A stretch of 63,354 bases of DNA, the filler included, from Reclinomonas americana ATCC 50394 (taxonomy: Eukaryota), in assembly GCA_048213135.1 (NCBI GenBank). It is 13 parts of 13 records of this genome, joined end to end, with 100 filler letters (N's around TTAATTAATTAA, not from the genome) between each part and the next. Parts side by side here need not be neighbours in the genome. Positions count along the whole stretch, not along the records: positions 55,563 to 58,892 come from AFZH01023957.1; positions 58,993 to 63,354 come from AFZH01023958.1; 11 more parts are not named here. One strand, written 5' to 3'. This document shows positions 58,219-63,354 of this stretch, piece by piece. The notes beneath the pieces are model-generated. The model worked only from the letters and a program-made list of their open reading frames with translations. It did no database searches and was not told the DNA's origin. Both the position numbers and the translations under genes were made by a program. Every line of letters starts with the position of its first letter. The first letter of the stretch is position 1.

Positions 58219-58992
58219 TGTGAGGCGAGATCATGAGTGAGGTGGATGGAGAGAGGGAGGGAGGGGCGAGAGGGGAGGTGGAGAAAAGGGGGATTCCACA
58301 TAAGAGAAGGGGAAGAAACAGGATGTGACACAGACAGTTCTCACTGCGATGTAGCAAATGACTGGGGAAAGAGTGGCAGAATGCGCATGTGGTTAAGAGA
58401 ACGAGAAATGAAGATTGTGCACGCAAGGTCAGACCTGCTTGTCTCCCAGTGAGAAAGAGTGCACGACAGAGAAGCAGGAAGTTACACGAACGACGAGGGC
58501 ATGGTTGGTGCACCCTTCTCAAGAGCGCTCCAAGCAGACATAGTCAGTCTCTCTGATTGCGTGCGAATGAGAGACACCCATAGCATCACACACGCGCCTG
58601 CCTCTCAGAGCGTCTTGAGCGAGAGCGCGTGCGAGTACATGGGTGTGCTGAGAGAGACAGAGCACACGCGTTCAAGCAGATAGCGTGTGAGAGAGTGTGA
58701 GAGCGCAGAAGCTCATCATGAGACTGCAGAGAGAAGAGAGAAAGAGAGAGAGGCTCCATCACACATGCTTCTCAAATGCGCTTTCAAGAGATTGTGAGTA
58801 TATTTGCCTGCCAGTCTGTGTGTGCAAGAGAGAGAGAGAGAGAGAGAGAGAGGAGGGAGGGAGGAGAGAGAGAGAGAGAGAGAGAGAGACGANNNNNNNN
58901 NNNNNNNNNNNNNNNNNNNNNNNNNNNNNNNNNNNNTTAATTAATTAANNNNNNNNNNNNNNNNNNNNNNNNNNNNNNNNNNNNNNNNNNNN

Positions 58993-61900
58993 GTGCGGGT
59001 GCAGGGTGAGTGCTCTGGCGTACGACTGTGTGCTACGTGGTGCGTGCGACACGAACCCTGTCACTGGCTCCGAGTGGCCTCGATAGGCGCGCACGCAGTC
59101 GGCGGTGCTGAGGTCGAACTCGCGGATCACGGTGTCCCAGCACGCGGTCACCACGTGCTCCTCGTGACCGGCTGCCGAGCGGAACCGGACTGCCGTCACC
59201 CATCCATCGTGCTCCTCGAGAACGTGCGTGCACACGGGGAGCTCGGTGCGGCCGTCGGGGGAGTAGGCGCTCGTGAATTCGTATACGCGCGCCGTCGCAT
59301 CCCACGAACCGCTGGCCAGTCGTTTGCCGTCGGCAGAGAACGCCACACTGCAGCACACACACATGTCACGACGGCGGTGATTGGGAAGAAGATGACAGGC
59401 AACCAAAAAAGAAAAAACACGCAGACGCACCTCGTCACCATATCCTCGTGCTCCGCAATCAGATGCAGGCAGTCACCAGTGGCGGCATTCCACACGCGCA
59501 CCGTCTTGTCGACGCTGCCCGAGGCAATGAGCTTGCCGTCGCACGAGAACACGCCACACATGACGAGTTCCTGGTGGCCGCTAAACACGCGCACCACCGA
59601 CGCCGATGAGCCAGTGTCGAGGCTCCACAAACGGAGAGTACGATCCTCCGACGCCGTCAGCACCGTGCGCGTGTCGGTCGGTGAGAAGGCCACCGACGTC
59701 ACGGGTTCGGAGTGTGCGCCTTGCAGCACGTGCGTGCAGGTCGACGAAATCACATCCCACACACGCGCCGTGGTGTCGACACTGCCCGACACCACGTGCA
59801 CCGAGTCGCCGCAAAACGCCACACTCGTCAGCTTGTCGGTGTGCCCAAACAGAGTCGTCACGCAGGCGCCACTAGATGCATCCCACACTCGCACCGATGC
59901 GTCCTGGCCAGCCGATGCCACCAGCAAGCCGTCGACAGAACACGCAACCGACACCACATGCGCTGTGTGGTGATCCGTTGCCTTGAGCGACTGATGACCG
60001 GCCGAGTCCCACACACGAACGCGCTGCCGAGGAAGGGGAGGGGTAAGTGAGTGCACTGCAAAGGAAAGAGGGACGCGAGCGCCCTGCTTCACCTGATCGT
60101 AGCCACCCGAGGCCAGCAACCGACCATCGGCGTCCCACGACACACTGGTCACCATGCCTCGATGCCCCAGCAGCAGGTGCGTGCACGCGCCACTGGCCAC
60201 ATCGAACACGCGCACCGTATTGTCCTCGGCCCCGCTGGCAAATCTGTGGGGCGTGTCAACACACACACACATGTGTGTGCGACGTGGTGTGGGTACATAC
60301 ATACGTACCGTCGACCATCTGGCGAAATCACCACGGCATTCACCAAGCCGGAGTGCACACCGGCGACAGTGCGCACGCACGCACCCGTATCCACATCCCA
60401 AATGCGAAGTGTGCGATCCCACGATCCACTGATACACAGCACCTGGCCACCGGCCGCCACCTGGCACGCCACACTCGATACTTCGCGCTGTTGCGTGCAA
60501 TCTCCACAATTAGCACAACAAAGAGAGGGAGAGGCGTTCGCTAAAAATCGCTCACCGTATGCCCCGTCAAGCTGTGCAACAGTGTGCCGTCAGAGACGCG
60601 CCACACGCCCACCGTGCGATCGTGACTCGCGGAACAGAGGCGCGTGTCGTCAGGCGAGAAGGCCAGTGACGCCACCCGACCAGTGTGCTGTCGCAGTGTT
60701 CGCACGCACTGCCACGAGGTGGTGCTCCACAGTCGAATCTGCGCGGCATTGTGTGGTGGGATATCTCTGACCAGTACATGGCACGCAGAGAGCACGGTGA
60801 TTACGAACGGTCTTGTCATCGGCACCAGTGGCCACTTGACCGGCCTTGCTCGCAAAACACACGGCACACACGGCGGCAGTGTGCCCCTCAAGAGTGGCCA
60901 GCACTACGCACGCAGACACAACGATGAACATCTACTGCTGCCTCTTCGCTCTTTTCGTGTGCGTGTGTGCAGGGCAACCGCACCTCGCTGATCCTCCATG
61001 TTGACGACCTTGGCGGTCTTGTCGGACGACGCCGTGCCGAGCCAGCACCCATCAGGCGACAAATCTATCCCACTGACAGATCCACTGTGCAGCGAAAATG
61101 TGCGCGACGAGCGACCCGTGTCCAACATGTACATGTTCACCCGACCGTCCCACGTGCCCACCAGCACCGCCTGCCCATTGTGGGCCATTTTCACCGCGTC
61201 AACATTTGAGTTCCCCGAGATCCACGGAAAGTGTTCACCCAACAACACATTGTCCATTTGTGCGTTGTCCAGAATGGCGCCACGCAGCCACGCACCATCC
61301 AGCGAGACATTGCGCAAATCAGCCCCTCGAAGCACACACGAGTCCATCATGGCGTGCGACAACACAGCTCCCGGAATACGAATACCATGCAGATCCAGCT
61401 TGGCAAACGACATGTGTGCCAAATTCAACACAGAGATGGCGTTCGCCGCAGCCACGGCCAGCGTCGGCCGTGAGCGACTTTCGCACACGAGAGCAAGAAA
61501 GCGATCCCGCACGTCCTTTCGGCTGCGAGCGTGTTCAGCCATGAAGAGAATGACGGCCAGCTGCATCGGGAGGGTGAGCACGGGGTGCGAGTGGGACGAC
61601 AACGTGTGGGCGGCAATGAACCTCGTGCACCAGCAGGCGCTGGTTGACTACGTGGTTCTCGACGTGATCGAGCGATTGCGTGATGGCATCCACGGCAGCC
61701 TGCGCAGCAAAGTACTCGAGGATCGAGTTGTGTACAAAACGCACACAACCGGCTCCCACACGCTGCACCATGCACTGGGAGACCGCAGGGGGAAAGAGGT
61801 AGAGAGCGGCTGTTCGTCAGTACAAACAAGAGTGGAGGAATATCGCCTGGATAACATACCGCAGTGCGCAGGTATCGCTGCCGTTCGTTCTTGCGCTCGG

Positions 61901-63354
61901 GAAACACTCGCCGCCACAGCTCGCCCTGCTCCTCCTTGTTGAGAATGACAAGTCGGTGGTGGAACATGTGACTCGCCAGCCGATATCCGAAATCACGCAT
62001 GGCACGCACAGCATCGGCCTCGTCAACAAACATGCCCTATAATGCGCGAGTCAGACCGCCGATGTACGCAAAAGTGCATCCACACGAACACACATAATGA
62101 GAAGCCAACACACCGCGGGCGCATTGGTTGCCGCACGAGCAAACCACCATTCGACAAAGTGATGATACAACTCGCCGCGAAACACTGGCTTTCGCCGAGC
62201 TCCATCACCAGTCGCCGACGTCAACTTGGTGATGACTCGCACCGCCATGGTAAGCATCAGTGGTAGTCGCACAAGCCGCTCGAGACCCAAGACCGACTGG
62301 ATCGCCGAGTCGTACCGCGTCCAGTCGCTCCACTCAGAGTCCCCAGTCGCAACAAATCTGAAGCCAAGAGAAAATAAGCGCAATATTATTGCAGAAAAAC
62401 AAATCACGCTGCCGTGGACGAACTGTTGCAAGTACTGCTGGATGTCGTTGTGTTGGAAGGGACGAAGCGCGCACTGATCCAACTCGTGCACACCGATGCG
62501 ATGCTTGGAGCCGGTGGGCGACACGGCGATGGTGGGGTCATTGGGAGCAATGGGCTCGAACACCTGGGCAGCGCGCGGCCCGACGACGTGATGCAAGAAC
62601 TCGGTTTGGCACGACACAATCAGCTTGAGCGAAGTCCACTCGTGCAACTCATTGGTCTGGTAAATGTTGCGCAGGTCGGTCGACACAATCTCGTCGTACC
62701 CGTCCAGTACGAGAAGCAGTGGTGGCGATCGTCGCTGCTGCAGCTGACGAACCTGCAAGTGTCACACAAGTGAGGCACTGGTGTCGCACGAAAGAAACGT
62801 CAAGAGTGTGTGTGTGTGTGTGTGTGCAATCGTACCTGCTGCGCCGAAAAGCCCTCTTTGCACAGCAGATAGTCCACCACGCGATGATAGGGATTGCGAA
62901 TGGTGTTGAGGTTGGCCATAATGTACACAGGAAGGTCATCCTTCCAGCGCCACTGCTGCCAGGCGAGCGCAGTGGCTCGTCGCAGGAACTTGCTCTTGCC
63001 AGCTCCGGAGCCGCCACTCACAAGGAGCACCTGCACCCAGCGTCATCGACCATGTGAAAGAGGTGCACGTCACTCCGCCAATCATGTTACCTTTCGCTTG
63101 CGGTTTTCTTTATCTACAAAGGACTGCAGCACGTCCGTGGCAGCCTCGTCATGCTGGTCGTTGGGATGGCGTCCGGCGCGAGGCGCAATAAAAATGTTGA
63201 GACCATGCGTCTCTCCCTCCAAAAAGCGCATCCACCGATGCCGCAACCGCAAGAACAGCATGCACATGACGCGATCCCGCTGAGGCTGCACACACAAGGA
63301 GGGTCAGCACGTGACAACGGCAATGTGCATGGCAGACAGGCGCTGCACAAACCG
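58993..63354 (-). CDS. NACHT (STAND) NTPase - pentapeptide repeat - WD40 repeat protein (multi-exon, both ends incomplete)
   Basis: Walker A GGSGAGKS, Walker B LLLVLDGYDEI, KLIVSC, PLML, FVHNSILEYFAA, then AAANAISVL + LDLHGIRIPGA..LRGADLRNVSL pentapeptides, then more than 10 GH...WD repeats. Confidence 0.9.

Overview
The window is 13 contigs joined by twelve identical 100-nt artificial spacers (N44-TTAATTAATTAA-N44). Eleven contigs come from an intron-rich, microsatellite-rich unicellular eukaryote. They carry a HUWE1/UPL1-type HECT ligase, SRPK, a TPR protein, eIF6, a GH43 hydrolase, an ankyrin protein, a CAR/GCR1-like GPCR, a Cys/Met gamma-lyase, Ubc12, Lsg1, Vps8, syntaxin-18 and a NACHT-pentapeptide-WD40 protein. 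Several of these genes run across the gaps in the correct order. Two contigs (11155-27232, 27333-28468) are GC-rich, intron-free and bacterial. The first is an anti-phage defence island: a Dsr1-like SIR2 protein, an orphan PD-(D/E)XK-like gene, two different OLD-nuclease/UvrD (Gabija-like) pairs, a DEDDh exonuclease and a Cys-rich VRR-NUC nuclease translationally coupled to the second pair. The second is a DUF2946-like RGPP leader followed by a PepSY-TM gene. Three observations stand out. (1) A ~340-bp tandem array (39.0-42.2 kb) reads as a cluster of unrecognised ~91-nt hairpin ncRNA genes on the minus strand. Each has ACCCACAA at about -64 to -71 (DUSE/USE-like), a fixed -30 element and a T-run terminator, and there is one divergent paralogue. 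(2) A Gabija-like pair with a third VRR-NUC gene sits inside a doubled Gabija cluster. (3) The eukaryote frequently uses +1-shifted 5' splice sites (GTTGCGT/GTTGAGT/GTTAAGT/GTTACGT). All calls come from reading motifs by eye; no searches or folding programs were run.
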